Shown one piece after another: positions 50,264 through 59,718 of a stretch of 64,000 nucleotides of DNA; position 1 is the stretch's first letter, and the number at the start of each line of letters is the position of its first letter. The notes under the pieces are model-generated. The model was not told the origin of the DNA. It saw only the letters and a list, made by a program, of their open reading frames with translations, and did no database searches. The position numbers were made by a program, and so were the translations under genes. The DNA is from Candidatus Omnitrophota bacterium (GTDB lineage: Bacteria; Omnitrophota; Gorgyraeia; Zapsychrales; JANLHA01), in the NCBI GenBank assembly GCA_029560465.1, contig JAKQKX010000016.1, positions 1,248 through 65,247 of the forward strand, read 5' to 3'.

Positions 50264-51019
50264 ATGAATCAAAACATCCGTTTCCATTCTCCCTCAACGG
50301 ACCCAGGTTGGGGTGACCAGGGCCGGGCCGAAAAAGCTTCCGCCATTCTGTTAACGCTAGAGTTAATGACCGGATTAAATTTTCAGGATAGTCGTTGGGT
50401 GGACGTGGGTTGTGGGTGTGGCGAGATTGCGGCGCATCTTTCCACACAGGTTGGGCACATGATTGCGATTGACCCGGCGCCTTGGCAACGGTGGCCGACG
50501 CTTAGGGACACCCACCCGAATTTAGAATTTGTCCAAGGAGATTACACCAGCAATTACCCTGAACCGGCTTCAGTCGATGTCGTTATCTGTAACCAAGTCT
50601 ACGAACATGTGCCGGATCCTGAAGCGTTGCTTGGATTTATATACCGTATTTTGAAACCGGGCGGATATGCTTATTTCGCAGGCCCCAATCTCCTGTTTCC
50701 TATTGAACCTCATGTTTTTTGGCCTTTTGTACATTGGTTGCCAAGGCAGTTTGCAAGAGCGCTGATGCGTTTTTTTCATGCCAAGTATCTCGTTACTGCA
50801 AATTTGGTAACGATCTGGACTTTACGTCGTTGGTTTCATGACTTTGAAGTACGCAACGCCGTGCCAACAATCCTGCGCAACCCAGATAAATATGGTCGTA
50901 AGGGCTTGCTTTGGCATGCCGCATCCATGGTCCCGTGGTGCATTTTTGACATGCTGACAGTTTTTTCCCCCGGATTTATCTTTGTCCTTCGTAAACCAGA
51001 TATATATCAAACCCTGTAA
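50264..51019 (+). CDS. Class I SAM-dependent methyltransferase
   Basis: 251 aa. Motif I VDVGCGCGEIAAHL. Post-I acidic residue. Motif ILKPGGYAYFAGPN. Preceded by a ~340-nt AT-rich non-coding stretch. Confidence 0.75.
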   Translation: MNQNIRFHSPSTDPGWGDQGRAEKASAILLTLELMTGLNFQDSRWVDVGCGCGEIAAHLSTQVGHMIAIDPAPWQRWPTLRDTHPNLEFVQGDYTSNYPEPASVDVVICNQVYEHVPDPEALLGFIYRILKPGGYAYFAGPNLLFPIEPHVFWPFVHWLPRQFARALMRFFHAKYLVTANLVTIWTLRRWFHDFEVRNAVPTILRNPDKYGRKGLLWHAASMVPWCIFDMLTVFSPGFIFVLRKPDIYQTL

Positions 51020-51047
51020 AACGAGTTCTTCTTTGTTCTATAGAAGG

Positions 51048-51076
51048 AACCCCTTCGATTGAAGGGGTTTTTTGTT
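51048..51076 (+). terminator. Rho-independent terminator after the methyltransferase gene
   Basis: aaccccttc-gatt-gaaggggtt followed by ttttgttttg. Confidence 0.75.
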
Positions 51077-51249
51077 TTGTGAAGATGAGCATGACTTTAG
51101 ACTTTGTCCGAGAGCAATATGTTTTAAAGAGGCCTGTTTTATGGGCGTTTTTTAACGCGGTGAAGGACAAGCGATTTTTCATGACTTGTGATACAATCAT
51201 TATGAAAGCCAGGGTGTTCACACGCGGTTCCATAAACAGGAGGTGAACT

Positions 51250-51594
51250 ATGGTCCTCTTTCATGCCCTTCGGAGGGGCCGGCCTTTCCGGTGGCATATT
51301 TTTTTGATTTTACTCGCAGCAGGATTCCTGATGAATCCGCAAAGGGTATCCGCGCAGGCCATGACAGAGTATATGATGTTACAGGGGCAGGTCCAGAAGG
51401 ATATGCAGCAGGGGATCGCCACCGCGACCGCTCCGTCCCAACAGCAGGCCACGGCCTCTGTCCAGGAGCCCATTCAGGCGGCTTCTTCGGATCAACCCGC
51501 CCGCCCCGGCGGGATTACCGTAACATTTACTCCTGTGCATATCGGAGTGATTTTGACTCTGGGCGCGCTGTTTTGGATGTTCATGAATAAGTAA
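51250..51594 (+). CDS. Small secreted/membrane protein, Gln-rich, C-terminal TM
   Basis: AGGAGGTG RBS 6 nt upstream of the ATG. Signal-like FLILLAAGFLMNPQRVSAQA. C-terminal hydrophobic HIGVILTLGALFWMFM. Confidence 0.5.
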   Translation: MVLFHALRRGRPFRWHIFLILLAAGFLMNPQRVSAQAMTEYMMLQGQVQKDMQQGIATATAPSQQQATASVQEPIQAASSDQPARPGGITVTFTPVHIGVILTLGALFWMFMNK

Positions 51595-51685
51595 TTGAAT
51601 CGAGTTTTTGGGCCCTGAGGATCTGAGTGCGTCCTGCCCAGCCTGGCAGGATATTTTTTATCTTTTCAGAGACGTTTTATCTCAC

Positions 51686-52525
51686 ATGAAATCATCCCTA
51701 AAAAAACCGCAACCCAAAGATCCTTTCATCGCCCTTATGTTTTCTTTCATTTTCCCCGGCTTCGGGCAGATATACGCGGGGAGAATCAAAAGAGGCATTT
51801 TCTTCTCCTTGGCGCATTTAAATTTTATCCTCGCCTTACTGTTGGTTATATTCCATCCCACACAGAAATTAAATCAGCATATTTTATGGCCTGCCTTTCT
51901 TTTCATCCTTTTTGAGATCTTCGTCGTCCTGGACGCGTACATTTACACCCTGAGTTTAAAGTATCCCTTTAAAAAAACGTTCGTCCGGGTCGTCCTGATC
52001 CCTCTCGCCACCGTGATCTTCGTGCTTGTCTTTAATTTGAACATCCTTTTGGCGGAAATCGTGAATAAATTTATTGTGCTGGCGCCCAGGATCGTGTCGA
52101 ATTCCATGAGCCCCGTGTTGGTGGAAGAGGACTGGTTTCTCGTGAACAGGTTCCAATATCTGGCGGGGGCGCCGGAGCGGGGGGACATTGTGTTTTTTGT
52201 TTTTCCGAAAGACCAGAGCAGGGTTGTTGTCAAAAGGCTGATTGCCAAGGAGGGTGAGTCCGTCGAAATCAGGGACGGCCATATTTATGTCAATAACCAG
52301 CTCGTCAAAACTTCCGGCACTGCCGATATTTATTATTTTAACGGGGGCGATTACGGCCAGGCCAATCAGGTGATAAACGTGCCTCGGGGCCAGTACTATG
52401 TTCTGGGTGATTACAGCGAGAAAAGCACGGACAGCCGCTTCTGGGGGTTTGTCCCGAGAAAAAACATTATCGGGAAAGCCTATAAAATAGTTTTTCCTTT
52501 TGAGCGTTCCGGGTTTATCCAATGA
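51686..52525 (+). CDS. lepB: Signal peptidase I (S26 family) with extended 4-TM N-terminal region
   Basis: S26 boxes: SNSMSPVL (Ser box), VVKRLIAKEGESV (Lys box), VLGDYSEKSTDSRFWGFV (GDN..S.DSR box). Confidence 0.85.
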   Translation: MKSSLKKPQPKDPFIALMFSFIFPGFGQIYAGRIKRGIFFSLAHLNFILALLLVIFHPTQKLNQHILWPAFLFILFEIFVVLDAYIYTLSLKYPFKKTFVRVVLIPLATVIFVLVFNLNILLAEIVNKFIVLAPRIVSNSMSPVLVEEDWFLVNRFQYLAGAPERGDIVFFVFPKDQSRVVVKRLIAKEGESVEIRDGHIYVNNQLVKTSGTADIYYFNGGDYGQANQVINVPRGQYYVLGDYSEKSTDSRFWGFVPRKNIIGKAYKIVFPFERSGFIQ

Positions 52526-52649
52526 GCATTTAGTTGAGACGACCCAAGCGAGCGTAAACTAGAAATGCGAATTGATCCTGAGTGCGAGAGAGCTAAAGCG
52601 AACGCGGCGAAGGATGTTGGTTTACTGCTGATTAAAGGGGACGAAGACC

Positions 52650-53942
52650 ATGGGCCTTAACGCGGTTTTAACAAAGTCCTTGCGAAGTTACCTTTCCGGC
52701 CGGGACAGCCAATATGTGTTTCAGAAATTTGATCCGGCCGTGGATGCGTTTTCGTTTCCGCCGCGGGGCGGGTTGTATCTTCACATCCCGTTTTGCAAGA
52801 ACCTGTGCCCGTATTGCCCTTATTTTAAGATCCCCTATGAAGCGGAAAAGGCGCGGCAATATAAAGAGGCGGTGCGCAAAGAAATCCGTATGTATGGCCG
52901 GATGCTTCCGGGCGCCCGGTTTACTTCTTTGTATGTCGGCGGGGGCACGCCGACATTAATGATTGATGAATTGTTTGAGATTATAGGCGAGTTAAGAAAT
53001 AATTTTAATTTTGACGGGCCGATCGGACTGGAGACGTCGCCCGGAGATATCACCGAAACCAATTTAGCCAAGTTGCGGGCTTTGGGCGTGAACCTGTTGA
53101 GTGTCGGCGTGCAGAGTTTTCAGGACAGGTTTCTGCGCAGTATTGGAAGAAATTATGGCGGGGAGGAGATTGCCCGTGCCTTGGGGGCGCTAAAGAAGTT
53201 CAAATTTGACACGGTTAATTTTGACCTGATTTTTGTTCTGCCCCGGCAAACGATGCGCGCCCTGGAAGATGATATCCGGAAAGCGCTTGGCTTTCGCCCG
53301 GACCAGATAACATATTATCCCTTGTTCACTTTTCCCTATACCTCCATCGGGGAGTATAGAAAATTGAAGGGGTTAAAACTCCCTAATGTGTTTAAACGGA
53401 GGGCCATGTATTACCGTATTTATGACGTCCTTTCGCGGGAAGGATACGCGCCGACCTCGGTCTGGTCGTTTAACCGGAAAGGCACGGTGCCTTATTCTTC
53501 CGTGACGCGGGATTTTTTTCTCGGGCTGGGGGCGGGGGCCGGAACGTATACCAGGGAAGGGTTTTATTTTAATATTTTTTCTGTTGAACATTATAACGCG
53601 TTCTTAAACCAGGAGAAGCGTTTGCCGTTAGCCCTGAAAATGAACGTTTCCGAACGGATGGCGAAATTGTTTTGGCTTTACTGGCGTTTTTATGAAACAA
53701 AGGTCCCCTTTGAGGATTATCGCCGGCTTTTCGGGCGGGATTTAGAAGAAGATTTTGCCGCGGTTTTCAAAGTTGTTAAGTTGTTGAGCCTGGCTGACGA
53801 CCAGAAGGGGCCGGTGTTAAGGCTGAATAAGGCGGGCTCGCATTGGATTCATTTGTTGCAGAATTATTTCGCTTTGAATTATGTCAGCAAAATCTGGAAG
53901 ATATGCAAGGACAATCCACTGCCCCAACAGATCGCGATTTAA
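52650..53942 (+). CDS. HemN/HemW-like radical SAM enzyme (oxygen-independent coproporphyrinogen-III oxidase family)
   Basis: 430 aa. LYLHIPFCKNLCPYCPYF (CxxxCxxC). YVGGGTPTLM motif typical of the HemN family. Confidence 0.8.
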   Translation: MGLNAVLTKSLRSYLSGRDSQYVFQKFDPAVDAFSFPPRGGLYLHIPFCKNLCPYCPYFKIPYEAEKARQYKEAVRKEIRMYGRMLPGARFTSLYVGGGTPTLMIDELFEIIGELRNNFNFDGPIGLETSPGDITETNLAKLRALGVNLLSVGVQSFQDRFLRSIGRNYGGEEIARALGALKKFKFDTVNFDLIFVLPRQTMRALEDDIRKALGFRPDQITYYPLFTFPYTSIGEYRKLKGLKLPNVFKRRAMYYRIYDVLSREGYAPTSVWSFNRKGTVPYSSVTRDFFLGLGAGAGTYTREGFYFNIFSVEHYNAFLNQEKRLPLALKMNVSERMAKLFWLYWRFYETKVPFEDYRRLFGRDLEEDFAAVFKVVKLLSLADDQKGPVLRLNKAGSHWIHLLQNYFALNYVSKIWKICKDNPLPQQIAI

Positions 53943-53943
53943 T

Positions 53944-54843
53944 ATGGTCATAAAGAAAATTTTTTATTATATAAAATGGCTCGTGAGGTGTCAGGTCCTG
54001 GGGGAAAGAATCCCATTGAACAGCTCGATTATTTTGACGGATAAATGCAATCTCCATTGCAAACACTGCGTTGTGGCCCACCTGGGGTATAACGACCAGA
54101 ATTTTTCTGCGGTGCAGTCGGATATTAAAAAGCTGTATCTTGCCGGTTCGCGTGTGCTTGTCATAACCGGAGGGGAACCGTTTTTGTGGCGGGATAAAAA
54201 TTTTTTTATGGAAGATGTTGTCCAGTACGCTAAAAAGCTGGGATTCTTTCGCGTTGTAATTTGCACAAACGGGACGTTCCCGCTCGCGTCAGAGGCCGAT
54301 TATCTTTGGGTCAGCCTGGACGGATTCCCGAAAGAACATAATTTGATGCGGGGGGACATTTATTCCCGGGTGGTCCATAATATTGTCACTTCGCCGCACA
54401 AAAGAATTTATATTAATTTTACTATCAGCCGGGTCAATGCCGATGATTTTGAAAAGGCCGCGGAGAGGATTTTTAAACTAAAGAATGTCCGTGGCATTTT
54501 GTTCCATTTGTTTACCCCGTATTTAGGGTCGGAGAAAAGTTTAACGCTCCCTGCGGCAGAGAGGGGCGAGGTTGTCCGAAAAATTTATGACATCAAGAAA
54601 AGGCATCCCTGGAAGGTTTTTAATACTTTTGACGGCATTAAGGCCTTAAGAGATGACCGCTGGCCGCGGCGGGTCTGGGGGAGCCTGACCATCAATCAGG
54701 GGGAGATGGTCCCGTGTTGCTGCCGGAAAGGGATTTATGACGGGGCCGTATGTAAAAATTGCGGTTGCACGCCGGCGGTGGAAACCTGGGTTTTGCAAAC
54801 AGCCAAACCGCTGGCGTTGTTGGAAAACCTGAGATTCATTTAG
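53944..54843 (+). CDS. Radical SAM enzyme with C-terminal Cys-rich (SPASM/twitch-like) region
   Basis: LTDKCNLHCKHCVV (CxxxCxxC). GGEPFL glycine-rich motif. C-terminal CCCRKGIYDGAVCKNCGC. Start overlaps the stop of the upstream gene (TAATATG). Confidence 0.7.
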   Translation: MVIKKIFYYIKWLVRCQVLGERIPLNSSIILTDKCNLHCKHCVVAHLGYNDQNFSAVQSDIKKLYLAGSRVLVITGGEPFLWRDKNFFMEDVVQYAKKLGFFRVVICTNGTFPLASEADYLWVSLDGFPKEHNLMRGDIYSRVVHNIVTSPHKRIYINFTISRVNADDFEKAAERIFKLKNVRGILFHLFTPYLGSEKSLTLPAAERGEVVRKIYDIKKRHPWKVFNTFDGIKALRDDRWPRRVWGSLTINQGEMVPCCCRKGIYDGAVCKNCGCTPAVETWVLQTAKPLALLENLRFI

Positions 54844-54994
54844 CTCTTTATGCGCCAATATTTTAGATTAATTGATTGCGGGGGACTTTTTGGGGGGTGT
54901 AAAATGAGGAGGTTTTTGATAACACGCGAGTTCCCGTAATTTCTTATCGTTGTTTTATTATAAAAAGCAGGCTAACTTTGGATGGAGGTGGGTC

Positions 54995-55546
54995 ATGAAG
55001 GGTCCAAGAAGACTTGGTTTATGTCTCGTCGTGTTCTTGCTGGGATGGGCTGCCGCGGGGGCGGCCAATGAAATTAAAGTTGATGTCAGGGGGGATGTTT
55101 ATGACCAGAACGGCGAATATTTTCTGGATTTCAGCCAGATTCCATCAAGAATTAAGACATTGAGTGAAGCGGTTCCCCAAAAGGCCGAATATGAGTCTGA
55201 CGTGGAATACGCCGCGAAGGTACAACCCTATGAAAACAAGTTGTCAGAACTTTACGATTCGGAATACAGCATTACGTTAACGCCGCAACTGCTCGCCTCC
55301 AGCCCAGAGGTTGAATTTTACCGCTTTGTTTTAAACTTCCCCTTTCCGATTTACAGGAAAGACAACTTTATCAGCACGCAATCCTTAGAATACATTTATG
55401 AAGTCCCTCAAGAGGAGATAAAAACAATTGGAGGGAAAAAGGACGACATGAAAATTAAATTGTATTTTAAGATTTTACAGGACAAGACGGTTGCGATACA
55501 AAAGGTGATTTTGATATTTAATAACAAAAAGATGCGTCAATGGTAA
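54995..55546 (+). CDS. Hypothetical secreted protein
   Basis: GGAGGTG RBS. Signal peptide MKGPRRLGLCLVVFLLGWAAAGAA. Confidence 0.55.
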   Translation: MKGPRRLGLCLVVFLLGWAAAGAANEIKVDVRGDVYDQNGEYFLDFSQIPSRIKTLSEAVPQKAEYESDVEYAAKVQPYENKLSELYDSEYSITLTPQLLASSPEVEFYRFVLNFPFPIYRKDNFISTQSLEYIYEVPQEEIKTIGGKKDDMKIKLYFKILQDKTVAIQKVILIFNNKKMRQW

Positions 55547-55704
55547 TAGGATTGTTTTGATGGAAATGTCATCCCGAAAGAAATACGCCAGCATAACGTC
55601 TTTGCCTTGCCCCTAGTGTTGCCCTGGAGGAGGGAGGAAACAGTTCAGCCGAGCCTTTTCCCGAGCGTTGTTAGAATTATTAAATCTGCTTCCTCAAACA
55701 TGTT

Positions 55705-56769
55705 ATGAAGCGCCCTTTTTATCAATCCATACGGTCCATTTTTACGGAGTACTATGTCTCTTTGGAAGACGGCGTGGCGGAAGCCCGGCGCCATCCCCTG
55801 CCCCCGGAGGACCTTGAGCGTGTTCAGGCCAGAATTCAGGAAAAATGGAACGCCTTTTGGCGCGTTCCTCTGTTGGCGGATACGCCAGATCCGGAGATGT
55901 ATCTGAATAACGTACAAAAGACGCTGCGCGCCGAAGGATATTGTTTGGATATCACCCCTCAATACGGGCTTGACGCCGGAGGATTGAATTTTGAGATAAT
56001 CAACCATATAAGCTTGAGGCCGGTCCTGGAACGGACGCGAAGGAAGGCCAGGGCCGGGGGCCAGGAGATCGAATATGAAGAATTCCTCCTTGGAGAAAAT
56101 TTGATAAAGGTTCCCCCTTTTATCGAGCCGATTTTGGAAAGCGCGTCTGCGTCCGAAGTGATGATTTTTACCGATGATTTGAAAGAAAGCTTAGATAATG
56201 ATTATGCCCTGTTCGAAGATTATTGGGAAGAATCCCAGCGGCATTATCAGAAGGGCCTTGTTTCCGCGGACAATCTGTGTTGTGTGACCCTGCGGTTGCA
56301 TAAACGCCAGTGGGGGACGGGACGCCCGGGGCCTGAGGCCCAGAACCTTTTGATGGAACACTTCCGGCGGCACGGTGAACAACATGTGGCGGACTTCAAT
56401 TTGATCAATACGGGAACACTGAAATTTTCGCTGGAAGACCCGGCCTTGACGGAAGATTTAAACAAGGACAGCCTCCTGGAAGCCAGGGTCTTGCTGCAGC
56501 AATTGTTGAGAGGGTCTTTGCCGTATTATACATTGGGGCAGATCATTTTGTTTGAACGGGAATGGTTGACAGGATCCCGCTCGGAATACGCCTGGGCGGG
56601 GCACGTCCTGTTTGACGGCCTGCCCCGGGGGGTGGCCAACGGCCTTGACAATAGGGAGTTCTGGGTTACTGGAATTGAGGATGTGGCCGAAGAGGTGATT
56701 TGTCGCCTCGCGCTCGGGTTCGCGCGGAGAAACAGAAATTTTACGGACCTTTTGCCCCCAGGCCATTAA
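55705..56769 (+). CDS. Hypothetical cytoplasmic protein
   Basis: 354-aa ORF with no hydrophobic segments and no recognisable motif. Confidence 0.5.
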   Translation: MKRPFYQSIRSIFTEYYVSLEDGVAEARRHPLPPEDLERVQARIQEKWNAFWRVPLLADTPDPEMYLNNVQKTLRAEGYCLDITPQYGLDAGGLNFEIINHISLRPVLERTRRKARAGGQEIEYEEFLLGENLIKVPPFIEPILESASASEVMIFTDDLKESLDNDYALFEDYWEESQRHYQKGLVSADNLCCVTLRLHKRQWGTGRPGPEAQNLLMEHFRRHGEQHVADFNLINTGTLKFSLEDPALTEDLNKDSLLEARVLLQQLLRGSLPYYTLGQIILFEREWLTGSRSEYAWAGHVLFDGLPRGVANGLDNREFWVTGIEDVAEEVICRLALGFARRNRNFTDLLPPGH

Positions 56770-56931
56770 AAGACGTGCGGTCTTTGACGGTTGATAAAAC
56801 ATGAAGGCGATGCGGCGAATGCGTTTTCGGAGGGGTCCGGAATGCGGTAGTTTTTATTTAGGAAAAAAACAGTTTTATATTTCAAGGGACGCCAAACCGG
56901 ATTATAGTGTTTATTAACAAAGGAGGGAAGA

Positions 56932-58797
56932 ATGAAAAAAATATTTTTTGTAACTTTGACACTGTGGATGACCATAGTGGTTTCGGCTTCCGCGGCACCG
57001 GTGGTTTTTTTTGATGACATCCCGGCGGGAAGAAACACGTTTGACACAAACATTTCGGCTGTTGGTGGCACCCAAACCAATGACGCCCTGTCAGGACTCG
57101 CAAGCGACGCCAATTCTTGGAGCAGGACGGGGTACACCATAACCTCGACAAACGGGGCCAGCAGAACCGTCGACACGACGTATTTGGCCACGCCCCAGCC
57201 CGGGAGTATCCCCGGCGGGGATGCTATCCAAATGACCGCGGATGGGACCACCACGTCCGGGTTGACGTTTACCTTCTCTTCTCCTATCAATGGATTTGGC
57301 ATTGATTTTGGCGATTGGGGTACATGCTGCCACCCTTCGACTATTTATATCTGCTTTGACGGTGGAGCGCCGATTGCCATCGGCACGGCGAACGCGACGA
57401 CGGATAATCCGGGCTTTGCCACCTATGGTGTGTTTGAAAATTTTATCGGCAGCATTGACGATTCCGGGACGTTTTCGGTCGTCACGCTTTACGGTACCGG
57501 GACCGGCGACGTCCTTTACGCTGGCGGCGTTATCCGTTACGCCATTGTGCCGATCGGCTCTATTTCCTCCCCGTCCTCTTCGCCCAGCTATCCCACAACG
57601 GTCAGTACCAGGCCGGTGAGCCCTTTGGCCAATTATCTGGATGAGTATGACGGCAGCGGGACGTTGCAGACGGTGGCCACGACCCTGGACGGCTATTCTG
57701 AATCCGAAGTGGAAGAGGCCCTGAAACACATTTTTCCCGTTGACAGCGTTTCAAGTTCCCGCGCCTCCATGGCCAATATTCAGAACGTCAATTCCTTGGT
57801 CCACGACAAAATCGGAACTGTCTTGGGCGGCATGGACACGGGCTCAAATTTTAACCAGGTTTTCAACCCTCATGCTGATCCGTATGGCTTGTCATCAACG
57901 GGGGGCGCTTTTGAGTCGTTCATGCAAGCGTTTTCGAACATCAATTATAAGCAATTTGAGAAAGGCGAAAGAGGGCTGTGGATCCAGGGGATGTTCGGTG
58001 GGAGTCAGGGCGAGCGCACTGATTACAGTAACGGGTATAACACGGAAAAGTACGGCGTCCTGGCCGGGTATGAATTCGCCGTTGATTCCAATCACCTGCT
58101 GGGGGTTTACGCCAACAGCCTTTATTCGGAAATCGATCTGACCCAGAACGCGGGGACGACGGAAATCAAAGATTATATATTCGGCGTGTACGGTCAGAAA
58201 ATAATGGATGCTTATAAACTATCAGCGACGATAGGTGGAGGAATCGCCCGGTATGATGCTATCAGGCATGTGGTCGTTGGGTCTGTGTCCGGAAGCCCCG
58301 AGGCCGAATACGACGGGAATCATTTTTCGTCCACCTTTTCCATCAGCCGGTTGTTCGAGCATAAAAACGTGCAGCTGGAACCTTTTTTGCAGACAGGATA
58401 TCTTTATAATAAAACAGACGGGTATACCGAGTCCAACGGGGGGTCGTTCAACATGCAGGTTGACGGGAATTCTTTCGCCCAGATGAATATCAAAGCCGGG
58501 ATGGCGTTTAAAAAAGATTTCCAAGCCAACGCAAAGACCGTTTCCATCAAGGTCCGGCCGTTTATTAATCACATTTTTGAAGTCGAAGACAGCGATGATA
58601 TCAATGTCAGGTTTATCGGAGCGTCAACCCAAACGACAATAAAAGGCCGGGATTCTTCCGTCACGGAAAGAGGAGCCAATTTTGAATTGAGTTGCCCTAT
58701 TAGCCCGATGTTTGGTTTAAAGGGATTTATAGATTACTCTTCTGATAAATATGAAGAAAGGTATGTGGGATTTTTAGAACTCAACGCGAAATTCTGA
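56932..58797 (+). CDS. Autotransporter (type Va) outer-membrane protein: signal peptide, ~320-aa passenger, C-terminal beta-barrel translocator
   Basis: AAGGAGGGAAGA RBS. Signal peptide MKKIFFVTLTLWMTIVVSASA. C-terminal ~290 aa has the autotransporter beta-domain pattern (GLWIQGMFGGSQGERTDYSNGYNTEKYGVLAGYEFAV...) and ends in ...ELNAKF. Confidence 0.8.
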   Translation: MKKIFFVTLTLWMTIVVSASAAPVVFFDDIPAGRNTFDTNISAVGGTQTNDALSGLASDANSWSRTGYTITSTNGASRTVDTTYLATPQPGSIPGGDAIQMTADGTTTSGLTFTFSSPINGFGIDFGDWGTCCHPSTIYICFDGGAPIAIGTANATTDNPGFATYGVFENFIGSIDDSGTFSVVTLYGTGTGDVLYAGGVIRYAIVPIGSISSPSSSPSYPTTVSTRPVSPLANYLDEYDGSGTLQTVATTLDGYSESEVEEALKHIFPVDSVSSSRASMANIQNVNSLVHDKIGTVLGGMDTGSNFNQVFNPHADPYGLSSTGGAFESFMQAFSNINYKQFEKGERGLWIQGMFGGSQGERTDYSNGYNTEKYGVLAGYEFAVDSNHLLGVYANSLYSEIDLTQNAGTTEIKDYIFGVYGQKIMDAYKLSATIGGGIARYDAIRHVVVGSVSGSPEAEYDGNHFSSTFSISRLFEHKNVQLEPFLQTGYLYNKTDGYTESNGGSFNMQVDGNSFAQMNIKAGMAFKKDFQANAKTVSIKVRPFINHIFEVEDSDDINVRFIGASTQTTIKGRDSSVTERGANFELSCPISPMFGLKGFIDYSSDKYEERYVGFLELNAKF

Positions 58798-58814
58798 TAA
58801 TACCCCTTTTCGGC

Positions 58815-59357
58815 ATGATCAAACGAACGTTGGGTTTCTTCCTGTTTTTCTGGGTCATGGTCATCGGCGCCGGCCAGGCGACGATGTTCTGGCGTCCGGC
58901 CGAGGCGGCCATGGAGAGGGTGTATGAGATCCTTGACCCGGAAACTCCGGACATATCGTTGCCCGGCGGCCTTTCTGAAGAGATTCGCGCGCGCCTTCAA
59001 AAGAGCGGCCAAGCCATGCCGTTGGGCGAATATCCCTCAGAAAACCTATCAACGCTCGCGTGGGAAGCGCTTAAAGCTCGGGAGGTCACAAAAGTAGAAG
59101 CGGCGGCTTTTTGGTGCCTTGAGGTTTATGGCGAAGAAGCCGGAAAGCTGCAGGCGGAGTTTGACGCGGACAATAACCAATATTATACCGTCCTGATGAC
59201 CCCGGGTCTGACGACTATGCGGCCGTTAGTTTATGCCGGGGAAGCGCTTTGGGCTTTAGGCGAGGCTTATCGTCAGGCCGGACGGGAGGAGGAAGCCGTC
59301 ATCGTTTACAGCGAATTGATCCGCAATTATTATCTCAGCGCCACGGAGAGGCATTAA
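58815..59357 (+). CDS. Hypothetical secreted protein
   Basis: 180 aa. Signal peptide MIKRTLGFFLFFWVMVIGAGQA. Confidence 0.55.
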   Translation: MIKRTLGFFLFFWVMVIGAGQATMFWRPAEAAMERVYEILDPETPDISLPGGLSEEIRARLQKSGQAMPLGEYPSENLSTLAWEALKAREVTKVEAAAFWCLEVYGEEAGKLQAEFDADNNQYYTVLMTPGLTTMRPLVYAGEALWALGEAYRQAGREEEAVIVYSELIRNYYLSATERH

Positions 59358-59502
59358 GAGCAGGAAAGGTTTTGAAATAACATCCTTATCTTTGTGAGTC
59401 CGCGGGATGGGCCGAATGACAATTCAGCCGGAAACCCGCTCACGAAGTAAGGATTTTTTTATTTATGTTAGATATCGGGCAAATTAACGTCAGTAATAGT
59501 TC

Positions 59503-59548
59503 GCAGAAGAAGGCGTGGTCATGTTGTTTTGCGGTGTGACCTCGCCTT
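59503..59548 (+). terminator. Rho-independent terminator (long nested hairpin + T-run)
   Basis: gaagaaggcg-t-ggtca-[15 nt]-tgacc-t-cgccttctt followed by ttttttc. Confidence 0.65.
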
Positions 59549-59718
59549 CTTTTTTCTTGCCATTCTCAAAAGTTGGAACACAGATAAAAATATCCTGTAA
59601 TATCCGCACGCAGTATAATTATTTATGTCCTTGTTATCATCAGAAACAAATAATAAAATATAGAAAACTTTGCGGAAACACAGGCTGCTTTCATAAGGGG
59701 ATTCCGTGCCGGTGAAAG

